A stretch of DNA of 64,000 nucleotides from Octopus vulgaris (Eukaryota): the NCBI GenBank assembly GCA_951406725.2, contig OX597818.1, positions 139,314,001 through 139,378,000 of the forward strand. Direction: 5' to 3'. The notes below the pieces were generated by a model. It was not told the DNA's origin, did no database searches, and saw only the letters and a list, made by a program, of their open reading frames with translations. The translations under genes were made by a program, and so were the position numbers. Within the stretch, counting starts at the first letter, position 1; each line of letters opens with the position of its first letter. Positions 27,246 through 41,018 of the stretch are shown piece by piece.

Positions 27246-27813
27246 ATATATATATATATATATATGTATATGAAAAAACAAGTCAGGATAGAAAATGCTA
27301 AAATAATTTTATAAAGAACATTTCAGTACCGGTTTCAGTCATTGAAACCTTTTCAACGGTAACAATTAAATAATTAAATTTAGAAAAATTAAAAGAAAAG
27401 TTTTTTTAAAAGAATATTTGTATAGTGTTCAAATATACCTGGCATTTTCCTTGTTTCTGCTTGTCTCTGTCTCTCTTGTTTACTCTTGTGGGTTCGAGGT
27501 CGTTGTAAATTCTTGGTAGGGAAGAAGAAATATTGAATGTTTTCAAATGTGTGGGCTGTTTACGGAGTGCTCATAGAAAGAAAATGCGAAAAAATATAGA
27601 TTAGAGAAAATTGAAAACGCAAATCTTAGGCAGTCATATAATTTTATGTATTTTTATAGTTTTTCTATATTTTTATATATGTTTTGTTTTATTCTTTAAA
27701 CCACGGAGGCTCTTCATACCTGTATATGCATGATTTCTGCTGATGTGTATAAATTTATATGATTCAACTACTTTGATTGAATATTTTATTTATGCGTTTG
27801 TGAATCTGTTGAC

Positions 27814-28305
27814 ATGACATGCATAAGATCTGGTCATCAAATCTAAGTAGAGATTTCAAACTTGAAATCTTCAAAGCCACAGTCGAACCAATTCTACTAT
27901 ATGGCTCAGAAACCTAGACGTTATCAAAGAAGCTTGAGAGGCGGTTGGATGGAACCTATACTCGCCTCCTTATGAGAGCTCAAAATCTCTCGTGGAAGCG
28001 CCATCCAACCAAAATGCAAATATATGGGAAACTACCACCTGTGTCATCTCTTGTGAAAGGTGGGAGAGTCCAGTTTGCTGGACATTGTTGTAGAGCTGAA
28101 AAAGAAGTAATTTCTACTCTTCTCCTCTGGAAGCCATCTACTCGCAATACCAGAGGGCGCACACTCTCCTACCCTGATGTAATCTCCAGGGATACAGGCA
28201 TCCAGTAACAGGACCTCCGTAATGCCATGATGGACCGTGAAGTCTGGCGTAGCATGGTAAATTCCATTGTCTCGACCACGGTCGAACAATGATGATGATG
28301 ATGAT
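27814..28305 (+). mobile_element. RTE-clade LINE 3' fragment (5'-truncated, in-frame stops)
   Basis: KIWSSNLSRDFKLEIFKATVEPILLYGSET*TL...LDGTYTRLLM...FAGHC; (GAT)n tail. Confidence 0.92.
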
Positions 28306-28458
28306 CTCTTCGCAAGCGATATACAGAAAATCAGTACCAGAATAGGCACTGTTGTAGCGATTGGCCAGTTATCTTGTTAAAATGTATATATTATTGACAG
28401 TGGCGTTATTAATACTGAGAGGTGATATTTATCCCCACTTGAACATAGATGTTCAGTT

Positions 28459-28855
28459 CCTCTTTTTTTCTAGGAGCACTCCGTCGGTTACGACGATGAG
28501 GGTCCCAGCTGATACGATCAACGGAACAGCTTGCTCGTGGAATTAACGTGCAAGTGGCTGAGCATTCCACAGACATGTGTACCCTTAACGTAGTTCTCGA
28601 GGAGATTCAGCGTGACACAGAGAGTGACAAGGCCGGCCCTTTGAAATACAGGTACAACAGAAACAGGAAGAAAGAGTGAGAGAAAGTTGTGGTGAAAGAG
28701 TACAGCAGGGTTCACCACCAGCCCCTGCAGGAGCCTTGTGAAGCTTTAGGTGTTTTCGCTCAATAAACACTCTCAACGCCCGGTCTGGGAATCGAAACCG
28801 CGATCTTACGATCGCGAGTCCGCTGCCCTAACCACTGGGCCATTGCGCCTCCACC
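28459..28855 (-). mobile_element. SINE family C
   Basis: 11-bp TSD gatgttcagtt (28448-28458, 28856-28866). Confidence 0.9.
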
Positions 28856-29095
28856 GATGTTCAGTTAGCTACCATGAGAAAGACCCTCATCACCGATGAG
28901 ATCAAAGAAAATCGAAATCACGTGAACTGGAGTTGGGGGTGATTTAGCTCCCACCCCCTAGCGATATAAACAAGTATGCATTCTGCACCAAAACCTATAT
29001 GACAGTTTCTCTCATGGTATCTACTGCAGAAAAGTTTTTTTTCTAACAGAACATCCATGTTTAAGTGTGAATAAATATTACCTTTCATAAAATGT

Positions 29096-29320
29096 GTGGA
29101 GGCGCGTGGCTTAGTGGTTAGGGTGCCAGCATCATGATCGTCGGGCGACGCGTTGTGTTCTTGAGCAAAACACTTCATTTCACGTTGTTCCTGTTCACTC
29201 AGCTGGCAAAAATGAGTAACGCTGCGATGGACTGGCGTCCCGTCCATCCGGGGAACACATACACCATAGAAACCGGGAAATAGGGCCCATGAGCCTGGCT
29301 AGGCTTTAAAAAAGGGCGCA
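29096..29320 (+). mobile_element. SINE family E
   Basis: gtggaggcgcgtggcttagtggttagg head. Confidence 0.75.
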
Positions 29321-29728
29321 TTTACTCTTTACTCTTTTACTCTTTTACGTGTTTCAGTCATTTGACTGCAGCCATGCTGGAGCACCGCCTTTAGTCGAGC
29401 GAATCGACCCCGGGACTTATTCTTTGTAAGCCCAGTACTTATTCTATCGATCTCTTTTGCCGAACCGCTAGGTGACGGGGACGTAAACACACCAGCATCG
29501 GTTGTCAAGCAATGCTAGAGGGACAAACACAGACACACAAACATAATCATACACATACATACATATATACGACAGGCTTCTTTCAGTTTCCGTCTACCAA
29601 ATCCACTCACAAGGCATTGGTCGGCCCGAGGCTATAGCAGAAGACACTTGCCCAAGATGCCACGCAGTGGGACTGGACCCAGAACCATGTGGTTGGTAGG
29701 CAAGCTACTTACCACACAGCCACTCCTG
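29321..29728 (-). mobile_element. SINE family A, full-length
   Basis: Consensus match. Confidence 0.92.
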
Positions 29729-30233
29729 TTACAGTGACACCGTTGTCATCCTCAGTAATATTATGAAAAAATACTAGTGACATGGAAGAAAGAAAAGAAA
29801 GTATTCACAGTAGGGTGAATCAGTTATCCAGGAGATGTTAGCCAAAAAGAAGAGTTTGTCGAATTAATGAGAAATCTACAGATATTTCATCCATATATCT
29901 TTTAGATTTTATACATATTAATTCTGGGGTGATTTGTTAGATAACTAATTGTCTCTCCATAAATATTGAGAAGCTGACCTTCGTAAACTAGAAAGGTCAC
30001 GGCTAATTAAGAAATTACAATTGCAAACCATAGATAGAATTGCAAATATATGTAAATTATACTAGATGTTTAACCTGTAGTATGTATATTTACTATACGT
30101 ATAGATATACAATCCTATATGTGCACATACATAAGTTAAATCGTAATAGATCCAGAACTGCAATGACATCTATGTATACACATATGCACAATTGCTCACA
30201 TAACTATATAGACGTGTAATGAATGAATGAGTT

Positions 30234-30590
30234 GGTGGAAGCACTCCGTCGGTTACGACGATGAGGGTTCCGGTTGATCCGAATCAACGGAACAGCCTGC
30301 TCGTGAAATTAACGTGTAAGTGGATGAGCACTCCACAGACACGTGCACCCTTAACGTAGTTCTCGAGGATATTCAGCGTGACACAGGTACAACAGAAACA
30401 GGAAGTAAGAGTGAGAGAAAGTTGTGGTGAAAGAGTACAGCAGTGATCACCACCATCCCCTGCCGGAGCTTCGTGGAGCTTTTAGGTGTTTTCGCTCAAT
30501 AAACACTCACAACGCCCGGTCTGGGAATCGAAACCGCGATCCTATGACCGCGAGTCCGCTGCCCTAACCAATGGGCCATTGCGCCTCCAC
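30234..30590 (-). mobile_element. SINE family C with a small internal deletion
   Basis: 11-bp TSD atgaatgagtt (30223-30233, 30591-30601). Confidence 0.9.
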
Positions 30591-30605
30591 ATGAATGAGT
30601 TAACG

Positions 30606-30916
30606 TATGTATGTCTTATGAATGTATGAATGCATGTATATATGTATATATATCTATGAATATATGTCTGTGCATATGCATGTATGTATGTATGTATGTA
30701 TGTATGTATGTATGTATGTATGTATGTATGTATATATGTATGTTTGTATGTTTGTATGTATGTATGTATGTATATTTATGTCTGTATGTAGGTATGTATG
30801 TATGTAGGTATGTATGTATGTTTGTATGCATGTATGCATGTATGCATGTATCTATGTAGGTATGTATGTATGTTTGTTTGTATGTATGCATGTATGTATG
30901 TATGTTTGTTTGTATG

Positions 30917-30950
<34 letters not shown>

Positions 30951-31222
30951 TGTATGTATGTATGTATGTTATGTATGTATGTATGCTTGTATGTAGGTAT
31001 GTGTGTATATTTGTATGTATGTATGCATGTATGTATGCTAGTATGTATGTATGTTATGTATGTATGTATGCATGTATGTATGTTTGTATGTATATATGTA
31101 TGTATGTATGTAGGTATGTATGATTGTATGTATACATGTATGCATGTAAGTATATTTGTATGTATGTTTGTATGTATATATGTATGATTGTATGTATGCA
31201 TGTATGCATGTATGTATGTATG
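30606..31222. repeat. Degenerate (TATG)n microsatellite
   Basis: Direct inspection. Confidence 0.95.
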
Positions 31223-31229
31223 TTTCTAT

Positions 31230-31830
31230 ATTACTAGACCCTGCATATTTTTTTTAGTCTTTCCTTCATTTTTGTCTCGCATTAATTGTTCTTGGCAATT
31301 AATATATTTCCTTCTTTCCTTTTCCTTTTTTTTCTTTTTCATTCATATACCTCTTTTCTTCCATTGTTTCCTTCATTTCTTTATATTTATTTATCTGCAC
31401 CCATTTATTTGTGTCTACATCATTCTTTTTCATTCCATTTTGGAATTTTAGCAGCATTCATTCCTTCTCTTCACGATCTTTCTTTTAATTCTTTCAATCA
31501 ATTTCATATTTCTTTCTTTCCTTCCTTCTTTCATTAATTTCTTCCAATTCTTTCATCCATGAATTTATTCTTTTCACCACTCCTTCAACTTTAAATTCAT
31601 TCATTTCTTTCTCATTACTAATTGTCATTTTCCTATTTTCAGCCTTCCTTTCTTTTCAGTCCTTCTTTTCCTTCGTCCTGCTCCAATCCCTTTCTTTCTT
31701 TCTTTCTTTCTTTCTTCCCCATTCCATTCTTCCTTTGTTTCTTTTCTTTTCTTTTCTTTGCCTTTCTTTTCTTTTCTCCCTTTCGTTTACTTTCTTTCTC
31801 CAATTTCCCCAATCTTTTAATTCATCATTC
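31230..31830. repeat. Pyrimidine-rich low-complexity tract
   Basis: Direct inspection. Confidence 0.8.
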
Positions 31831-32627
31831 TTTGTCTCCGCTAATTCAAATTGATTTATTTCAATGCCAATTGTGAACAATATTTCTCAATCAGACGATA
31901 ATGTTGATTAGTTAGAAAATGCCATTTGTAGCATGTCTGTTCTATTAAGATCCCAAATTAACCAAAATTTCTCGTTTTCTTCTCTTTTTTTTTTTCTTTT
32001 TGGTGTCCTTTTTACAATTACTGTAGCAGTTTAAGTTTCTTTACAGCGACGCATTTGTTCATTATCTAATTTCTTGGAAGACTTCCATTTCCATTTTCAT
32101 TCACGATTCTATCCGATTGCAATGACGTCATAGCAAGAGCATCTTCAACTTTAAGGAGCTACATTAGACTATTTATTACAACGAACCAAGCACACAGTTC
32201 CTCACATTTATAGAAGAGTATGAAATAGATATGAGAAGAACTGGCAGACGTATGCCAGAAGAGTGCCATGATTGAGTGGTTTTTCATACGAGATATTGCT
32301 GCCGTAGTATTATGAATAAATCATTCAGAGATGAAGCTCCAAAAGAAGACCTTCTTGGCATAAAAGTAACAAAAAGCTCCCAAGGGAATGTGGATATAGA
32401 TGGATTAATCGTGTAGCAAGATGAGGATGGCGATATAGCTGTATATCTACGCGCAGATGTAACTGTGTGGTAAAAAGCTAGCCTCCTAACCACATGACTT
32501 CTGGTTCAGTTCTACTACATGGCACGTTAGACAATAGTCTTCTGCTATACACTCGGGCTGGCCACAGCCTTGTGAGTGGATTTGGTAGACGGAAATTGAA
32601 AGAAGTCCGTCCTTTATACACACACAT

Positions 32628-34104
32628 ATATGTATGTATGTACGTATGTATGTATGTATGTATGTATGTATGTATGTATGTATGTATGTATGTATGTATG
32701 CATGTATGTATGTATGTATGTATGTATGTATGTATGTATGTATGTATGTATGTATGTATGTATGTATGTATGTATGTATGTATGTATGTATGTATGTATG
32801 TATGTATGTATGTATGAATGTATGTACGTATGTATGTATGTATGTATGTATGTATGTATGTATGTATGTATGTATGTATGTATGTATGTATGTATGTATG
32901 TATGTATGTATGTATGTATGTATGTACGTATGTATGTATGTATGTATGTATGTATGTATGTATGTATGTATGTATGTATGTATGTATGTATGTATGTATG
33001 TATGTATGTATGTATGTACGTACGTACGTATGTATGTATGTATGTATGTATGTATGTATGTACGTATGTATGTATGTATGTATGTATGTATGTATGTATG
33101 TATGTATGTATGTATGTATGTATGTATGTATGTATGTATGTATGTATGTATGTATGTATGTATGTATGTATGTATGTATGTATGTATGTATGTATGTATG
33201 TATGTATGTATGTATGTATGTATGTATGTATGTATGTATGTATGTATGTATGTATGTATGTATGTATGTATGTATGTACGTACGTACGTATGTATGTATG
33301 TATGTATGTATGTATGTATGTACGTATGTATGTATGTATGTATGTATGTATGTATGTATGTATGTGTGTGTGTGTATGTATGTATGTATGTATGTATGTA
33401 TGTATGTATGTATGTATGTATGTGTGTGTGTATGTACGTATGTATGTATGTATGTATGTATGTATGTATGTATGTATGTATGTGTGTATGTATGTATGTA
33501 TGTATGTATGTATGTATGTATGTATGTATGTATGTATGTATGTATGTATGTATGTATGTATGTATGTGTGTATGTATGTATGTATGTATGTATGTATGTA
33601 TGTATGTATGTATGTATGTATGTATGTATGTATGTATGTATGTATGTATGTATGTATGTATGTATGTATGTATGTATGTATGTATGTATGTATGTATGTA
33701 TGTACGTACGTACGTATATATGTATGTATGTATGAATGTATGTATGTACGTATGTATGTATGTATGTATGTATGTATGTATGTATGTATGTATGTATGTA
33801 TGTATGTATGTATGTATGTATGTATGTATGTATGTATGTATGTATGTATGTATGTATGTATGTATGTATGTATGTATGTATGTACGTACGTATGTATGTA
33901 TGTATGTATGTATGTATGTATGTATGTATGTATGTATGTACGTATTTATGTATGTATGTATGTATGTATGAATGTATGTATGTACGTATGTATGTATGTA
34001 TGTATGTATGTATGTATGTATGTATGTATGTATGTATGTATGTATGTATGTATGTATGTATGTATGTATGTATGTATGTATGTGTATGTATGTATGTATG
34101 TATG

Positions 34105-34138
<34 letters not shown>

Positions 34139-34214
34139 TGTATGTATGTATGTACGTACGTACATATGTGTGTATGTATGTATGTATGTATGTACATGTA
34201 TGTATGTATGTATG

Positions 34215-34245
<31 letters not shown>

Positions 34246-34342
34246 GTACGTACGTATGTATGTATGTATGTATGTATGTATTAATGTATGTATGTATGTA
34301 TGTATGTATGTAGGTATGTATATATGTATGTATGTATGCATG

Positions 34343-34376
<34 letters not shown>

Positions 34377-34718
34377 TGTATGTATGTGTGTGTGTATGTA
34401 CGTATGTATGTATGTATGTATGTATGTATGTATGTATGTGTGTATGTATGTATGTATGTATGTATGTATGTATGTGTGTATGTATGTATGTATGTATGTA
34501 TGTATGTATGTATGTATGTATGTATGTATGTATGTGTGTGTGTATGTACGTATGTATGTATGTATGTATGTATGTATGTATGTATGTATGTATGTATGTA
34601 TGTGTGTGTGTATGTACGTATGTATGTATGTATGTATGTATGTATGTATGTATGTATGTATGTATGTATGTATGTGTGTATGTATGTATGTATGTGTGTA
34701 TGTATGTAGGTAGGTATG

Positions 34719-34752
<34 letters not shown>

Positions 34753-35258
34753 TGTATGTATGTATGTATGTATGTATGTATGTATGTATGTATGTATGTA
34801 TGTATGTATGTATGTATGTATGTATGTATGTATGTATGTATGTATGTATGTATGTATGTATGTATGTATGTATGTATGTATGTATGTATGTATGTATGTA
34901 TGTATGTATGTATGTATGTATGTATGTATGTATGTATGTATGTATGTATGTATGTATGTATGTATGTATGTATGTATGTATGTATGTATGTATGTATGTA
35001 TGTATGTATGTATGTATGTATGTATGTATGTATGTATGTATGTATGTATGTATGTATGTATGTATGTATGTATGTATGTATGTATGTATGTATGTATGTA
35101 TGTATGTATGTATGTATGTATGTATGTATGTATGTATGTATGTATGTATGTATGTATGTATGTATGTATGTATGTATGTATGTATGTATGTATGTATGTA
35201 TGTATGTATGTATGTATGTATGTATGTATGTATGTATGTATGTATGTATGTATGTATG

Positions 35259-35289
<31 letters not shown>

Positions 35290-35294
35290 GTATG

Positions 35295-35328
<34 letters not shown>

Positions 35329-35377
35329 TGTATGTACGTACGTACATATGTGTGTATGTATGTATGTATGTATGTAC

Positions 35378-35408
<31 letters not shown>

Positions 35409-35433
35409 TGTATGTATGTACGTACGTACGTAC

Positions 35434-35464
<31 letters not shown>

Positions 35465-35966
35465 TGTATGTATTTAGGTATGTATGTATGTATGTATGTA
35501 CGTACGTACATATGTGTGTATGTATGTATGTATGTATGTATGTATGTATGTATGTATGTATGTATGTATGTATATATGTATTTATGTATGTATGTATGTA
35601 TGTATGTATGTATGTATGTATGTATGTATGTATGTATGTATGTATGTATGTATGTATGTATGTATGTATGTATGTATGTATGTATGTATGTACATATGTG
35701 TGTATGTATGTATGTATGTATGTATGTATGTATGTATGTATGTATGTATGTATGTATTTATGTATGTATGTATGTATGTATGTATGTATGTATGTACGTA
35801 CGTATGTATGTATGTATGTATGTATGTATGTATGTATGTATGTATGTACGTACGTACATATGTGTGTATGTATGTATGTATGTATGTATGTATTTATGTA
35901 TGTATGTATGTATGTATGTATGTATGTATGTATGTATGTATGTATGTATGTATGTATGTAGGTATG

Positions 35967-36000
<34 letters not shown>

Positions 36001-36549
36001 TGTATGTATGCATGTATGTATGTATGTATTTATGTATGTACGTATGTATGTATGTATGTATGTATGTAGGTATGTATGTATGTATGTATGTATGTATGTA
36101 TGTATGTATGTATGTATGTATATATGTATTTATGTATGTATGTATGTATGTATGTATGTATGTATGTATGTATGTATGTATGTATGTATGTATGTATGTA
36201 TGTATGTATGTATGTATGTATGTATGTATGTATGTACATATGTGTGTATGTATGTATGTATGTATGTATGTATGTATGTATGTATGTATGTATGTATGTA
36301 TGTATGTATTTATGTATGTATGTATGTATGTATGTATGTATGTATGTATGTATGTATGTATGTATGTATGTATGTATGTATGTATGTATGTATGTATGTA
36401 TGTATGTATGTATGTATGTATGTATGTATGTATGTATGTATGTATGTATGTATGTATGTATGTATGTACATATGTGTGTATGTATGTATGTATGTATGTA
36501 TGTATGTACGTACGTACATATGTGTGTATGTATGTATGTATGTATGTAC

Positions 36550-36580
<31 letters not shown>

Positions 36581-37074
36581 TGTATGTATGTATGTATGTA
36601 TGTATGTATGTATGTATGTATGTATGTATGTATATATGTATTTATGTATGTATGTATGTATGTATGTATGTATGTATGTACGTATGTATGTATGTATGTA
36701 TGTATGTATGTATGTATGTATGTATGTACATATGTGTGTATGTATGTATGTATGTATGTATGTATGTATGTATGTATGTATGTATGTACATATGTGTGTA
36801 TGTATGTATGTATGTATGTATGTATGTATGTATGTATGTATGTATGTATTTATGTATGTATGTATGTATGTATGTATGTATGTATGTATGTATGTATGTA
36901 TGTATGTATGTATGTATGTATGTATGTATGTATGTATGTATGTATGTATGAACGTACGTACATATGTGTGTATGTATGTATGTATGTATGTATGTATTTA
37001 TGTATGTATGTATGTATGTATGTATGTACGTATGTATGTATGTATGTATGTATGTATGTATGTATGTAGGTATG

Positions 37075-37108
<34 letters not shown>

Positions 37109-38335
37109 TGTATGTATGTATGTATGTATGTATGTATGTATGTATGTATGTATGTATGTATGTATGTATGTATGTATGTATGTATGTATGTATGTATGTA
37201 TGTATGTATGTATGTATGTATGTATGTATGTATGTATGTATGTATGTATGTATGTATGTATGTATGTATGTATGTATGTATGTATGTATGTATGTATGTA
37301 TGTATGTATGTATGTATGTATGTATGTATGTATGTATGTATGTATGTATGTATGTATGTATGTATGTATGTATGTATGTATGTGTGTGTGTATGTATGTA
37401 TGTATGTATGTATGTATGTATGTATGTATGTATGTATGTATGTATGTATGTACATATGTGTGTATGTATGTATGTATGTATGTATGTATGTATGTATGTA
37501 TGTATGTATGTATGTATGTATGTATGTATGTATGTATTTATGTATGTATGTATGTATGTATGTATGTATGTATGTATGCATTTATGTATGTATGTATGTA
37601 TGTATGTATGTATGTATGTATGTATGTATGTATGTATGTTTGTATGTATGTATGTAGGTATGTATGTATGTATGTATGTATGTATGTATGTATGTATGTA
37701 TGTACGTATGTATGTTTGGATGTATGTATGTATGTATGTATGTATGTATGTATGTATGTAGGTATGTATGTATGTATGTATGTATGTATGTATGTATGTA
37801 TGTATGTATGTATGTATGTATGTATGTATGTATGTATGTATGTACATATGTGTGTATGTATGTATGTATGTATGTATGTATGTATGTATGTATGTATGTA
37901 TGTATGTATGTATGTATGTATGTATGTATGTATGTATGTATGTATTTATGTATGTATGTATGTATGTATGTATGTATGTATGTATGTATGTATGTATGTA
38001 TGTATGTATTTATGTATGTATGTATGTATGTATGTATGTATGTATGTATGTATGTATGTATGTATGTATGTATGTATGTATGTATGTATGTATGTATGTA
38101 TGTATGTATGTATGTATGTATGTATGTATGTATGTATGTATGTATGTATGTATGTATGTATGTATGTATGTATGTATGTATGTATGTATGTATGTATGTA
38201 TGTATGTATGTATGTATGTATGTATGTATGTATGTATGTATGTATGTATGTATGTATGTATGTATGTATGTACGTATGTATGTTTGTATGTATGTATGTA
38301 GGTATGTATGTATGTATGTATGTATGTATGTATAT
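32628..38335. repeat. ~5.7-kb (TATG)n tandem array
   Basis: Direct inspection; source of the (MYVC)n and (HTYI)n pseudo-ORFs. Confidence 0.98.
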
Positions 38336-38436
38336 AGTCAATCCAAACAAGAACAATCAAGAAAAAACAACAACGCGAGGACATGGATTAAGTACAGTGT
38401 TATTGAACGCCCAGTAAAGGAAAGAAAATAAAGAGG

Positions 38437-38471
38437 ATCTAACGTTTCGAGCGGTGCTCTTCATCAGAAAT
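38437..38471 (-). ncRNA. Minimal type I hammerhead ribozyme-like motif
   Basis: attt CTGATGA a gagc acc gctc GAAA cg TT agat. Confidence 0.65.
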
Positions 38472-38755
38472 ATAGAAAAAAGACCAAAGAAGGGAAGACA
38501 AAGAAAATCGCCAACGATACACATGCGGTCAAATATTGAATATATATATATATATATATGTATATATGTGTCTGTGTGTGTCTTTGCATTTGTATTTGTT
38601 CACCTTGGTTGTTGACAACCGGTGTTGGTTAGTAACATTATGATTGGGCAAAACGAGACCAATAGAACAAGTATCCGGCTTGGGATTGATCTCGTTCGAG
38701 TAAATGTCTCACGGTGCTGCCCCAGCATGGCCACAGTCTAATGACTGAAACAAGT

Positions 38756-38905
38756 GAAACGTAAAAGACTTGTTTTATTTATATTCCTGAGTGCCATACT
38801 TATTTATATTGTTTTATTTATATTCCTGAGCGCCATACTAATACAATTGTTTGTTTGTATTCTACCTGCCTTCGTCTTTTGTTTATTTTCATAAATATTC
38901 CCGTT
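38756..38905 (+). mobile_element. PLE pLTR-like fragment, reverse complement of 51867-51976, with a 31-bp internal duplication
   Basis: gaaacgtaaaagacttgttttatttatattcctgag...ttcccgttata. Confidence 0.7.
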
Positions 38906-39765
38906 ATATATATATATATATATACACATATATAAAGAGGAACTTGGGTGACCTTGTTATTGGTGTTGTTGTTGGTGGTAGTGGTGGTGATGGTGATATC
39001 AGCTATGACCCCAGTATATTTATGTCAGGATAGACCATTAAGAGTGACCCATGGATACTTTTTAATGACTGCCTGACAATCATATTGCGCCATTTTTTTG
39101 TACACGCTGTCTATATTCTATGTCTGTAGACGTTATAGGAATTCAACCGACCGGTCGAATTCCTGTTCACCTGTTATTGATGGAACTGTAGGTTAACCCT
39201 AGGTAAACTTGACTGAGGAGACCTATGATTAAAGGCATTCTAGCCATAGTAGCTCAATCATTGATTGCAGTGTCTTGGCTACATGAACTCACTTCTTCAT
39301 CTGTTTAAAACGGCAGTGCTTGATTTGAAGGAGGTTTTTCTGCAATTTCTAGAGGTTCGAGCGACCATCTAGACGATCCCTCGTTGCTGGCGACAAGAGC
39401 CGAGAAATGAATCTGGCCAGAGTTGGAGCATGCGATTGCCGTTTCTTTGATCTTATTGGCAGATAACTGATAATCTATTTGACGAAGCTGAAGACATAAT
39501 GTATTTCAGATACAACACTTATTTATGATATTCTTGAGTTTCTCAAATCAATATTTTGAATTAAGTATGGTATATTCTTTTTTCCATTTAGTCGTTTTTG
39601 GGGTGAGGTGGGGGGACACCTTCAAGGGTTTTCTTGAATATATCTTCCCCACTATTTTAAAGGTTCTTATTTTACCAATGTGCAATTGTCGAGTCGCTAT
39701 CTCACGGCTTTGTAACAAATCACAGGTCTTAAGCAGCATAAATGTAAAAACACTCATATGCAAGG

Positions 39766-39802
<37 letters not shown>

Positions 39803-40155
39803 TGGAGTTAGCGAATTCCTTTTACTACTTTGTTTTTGATCAGTATATTGCTTATTGTAGAGATTAGATGAGTTCATTTCGCCATGCGCTATGAAGGAAA
39901 TCTTGTGCAGCGCAAGGGAATAATTCGATAATGGCCGATATGGCAACAACACAAGGAGAGATTGTTTAATTGACGAAACAACTGTTAACAATGTAATAAA
40001 AACGATTTGTTCACTCCATTCTTCAATGTATTATTAAATGTATATATGTATATGTGTGTGCGTGGGTATATATATAATATATCTACACACATCCACACAC
40101 ACACACACATATGTATATAAAAATGCATATCTATTGATATTTATATATAAGTGCT

Positions 40156-40194
<39 letters not shown>

Positions 40195-40228
40195 GTCCCT
40201 CTCTTTGTGCATCTATCTATCTATCAAT

Positions 40229-40448
40229 CGAGAGGGAGCTAAAAAGTTCCTGGCCTTAAGGGTATCGAGAAAGGCCTGTTTGGAGGCCCAACTTTCCGAG
40301 TTCTTTTACAGGGCTTAGAAAAACTGAAGGGCCGCTTCAATAAGTGTGTGAATCTGAAAGAAGAATATGTTGAATGAAATCATAATTAACTGAAATTCCT
40401 GTATTTTCTTTTACCCAAAGGCAGGAACTTTTCGGTCACCCACCTTCG
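40229..40448 (+). mobile_element. Mariner-derived MITE
   Basis: Imperfect TIRs (aaaagttcctg / caggaactttt); internal GLEKLKGRFNKCVNLKEEYVE* mariner C-terminus. Confidence 0.75.
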
Positions 40449-40586
40449 CATATTCACGAAAAGGAAGGCAGATAGCAAAAATTTGTGCGCGCGTGCTTAA
40501 CTTCCGATGACGTCCACGACAAGAAAACTTAGACACTAGTACACTTCAGACTGATGTTCTTTGCAATATTCGTTCTTCACCGAATT

Positions 40587-40636
<50 letters not shown>

Positions 40637-40663
40637 GCGCACACACACACGCACACACGCATG

Positions 40664-40695
<32 letters not shown>

Positions 40696-40984
40696 CACAT
40701 ATATACACAGTCGCATATACACACACATACATACAAGCACACACACACATACACGCTCATATACACACAGACGCATATAGATACATTCGCACACACAAAC
40801 ACAGGTACACACAACAAACACATGGACACACAGATACACGCCCACATAGACACACAAACACACACACACACACACACACATACACTCCTTTGTAAATTAT
40901 TAGAAAAGCAGTGAACCGGTGCTAAACCGGTTAGAAGCCTATAACCAGCGAAACTATTGTTTACAAATTGTGATATAAGCATAA

Positions 40985-41018
<34 letters not shown>

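Larger units (their letters stand above)
28398..29749. mobile_element. Old foldback/MITE with long imperfect inverted arms, interrupted by three SINEs
   Basis: 28398-28458 plus 28867-28883 is the reverse complement of 29005-29090 plus 29729-29749 once the SINEs are removed. Confidence 0.55.
32451..38758 (+). mobile_element. SINE family A whose linker has expanded to ~6 kb (head 32451-32612, tail ~38570-38758)
   Basis: Head and tail halves are collinear and on the same strand, on either side of the array. Confidence 0.75.

Noticed and set aside
32630-37069. 1479-aa ORF and the overlapping 953- and 977-aa ORFs
   Set aside because: Translations of (TATG)n, which lacks stop codons; no coding signal
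40500-40535. ccgatgacgtccacgacaagaaaac hammerhead-like string
   Set aside because: Extra bases before GAAA and no convincing stem I or III
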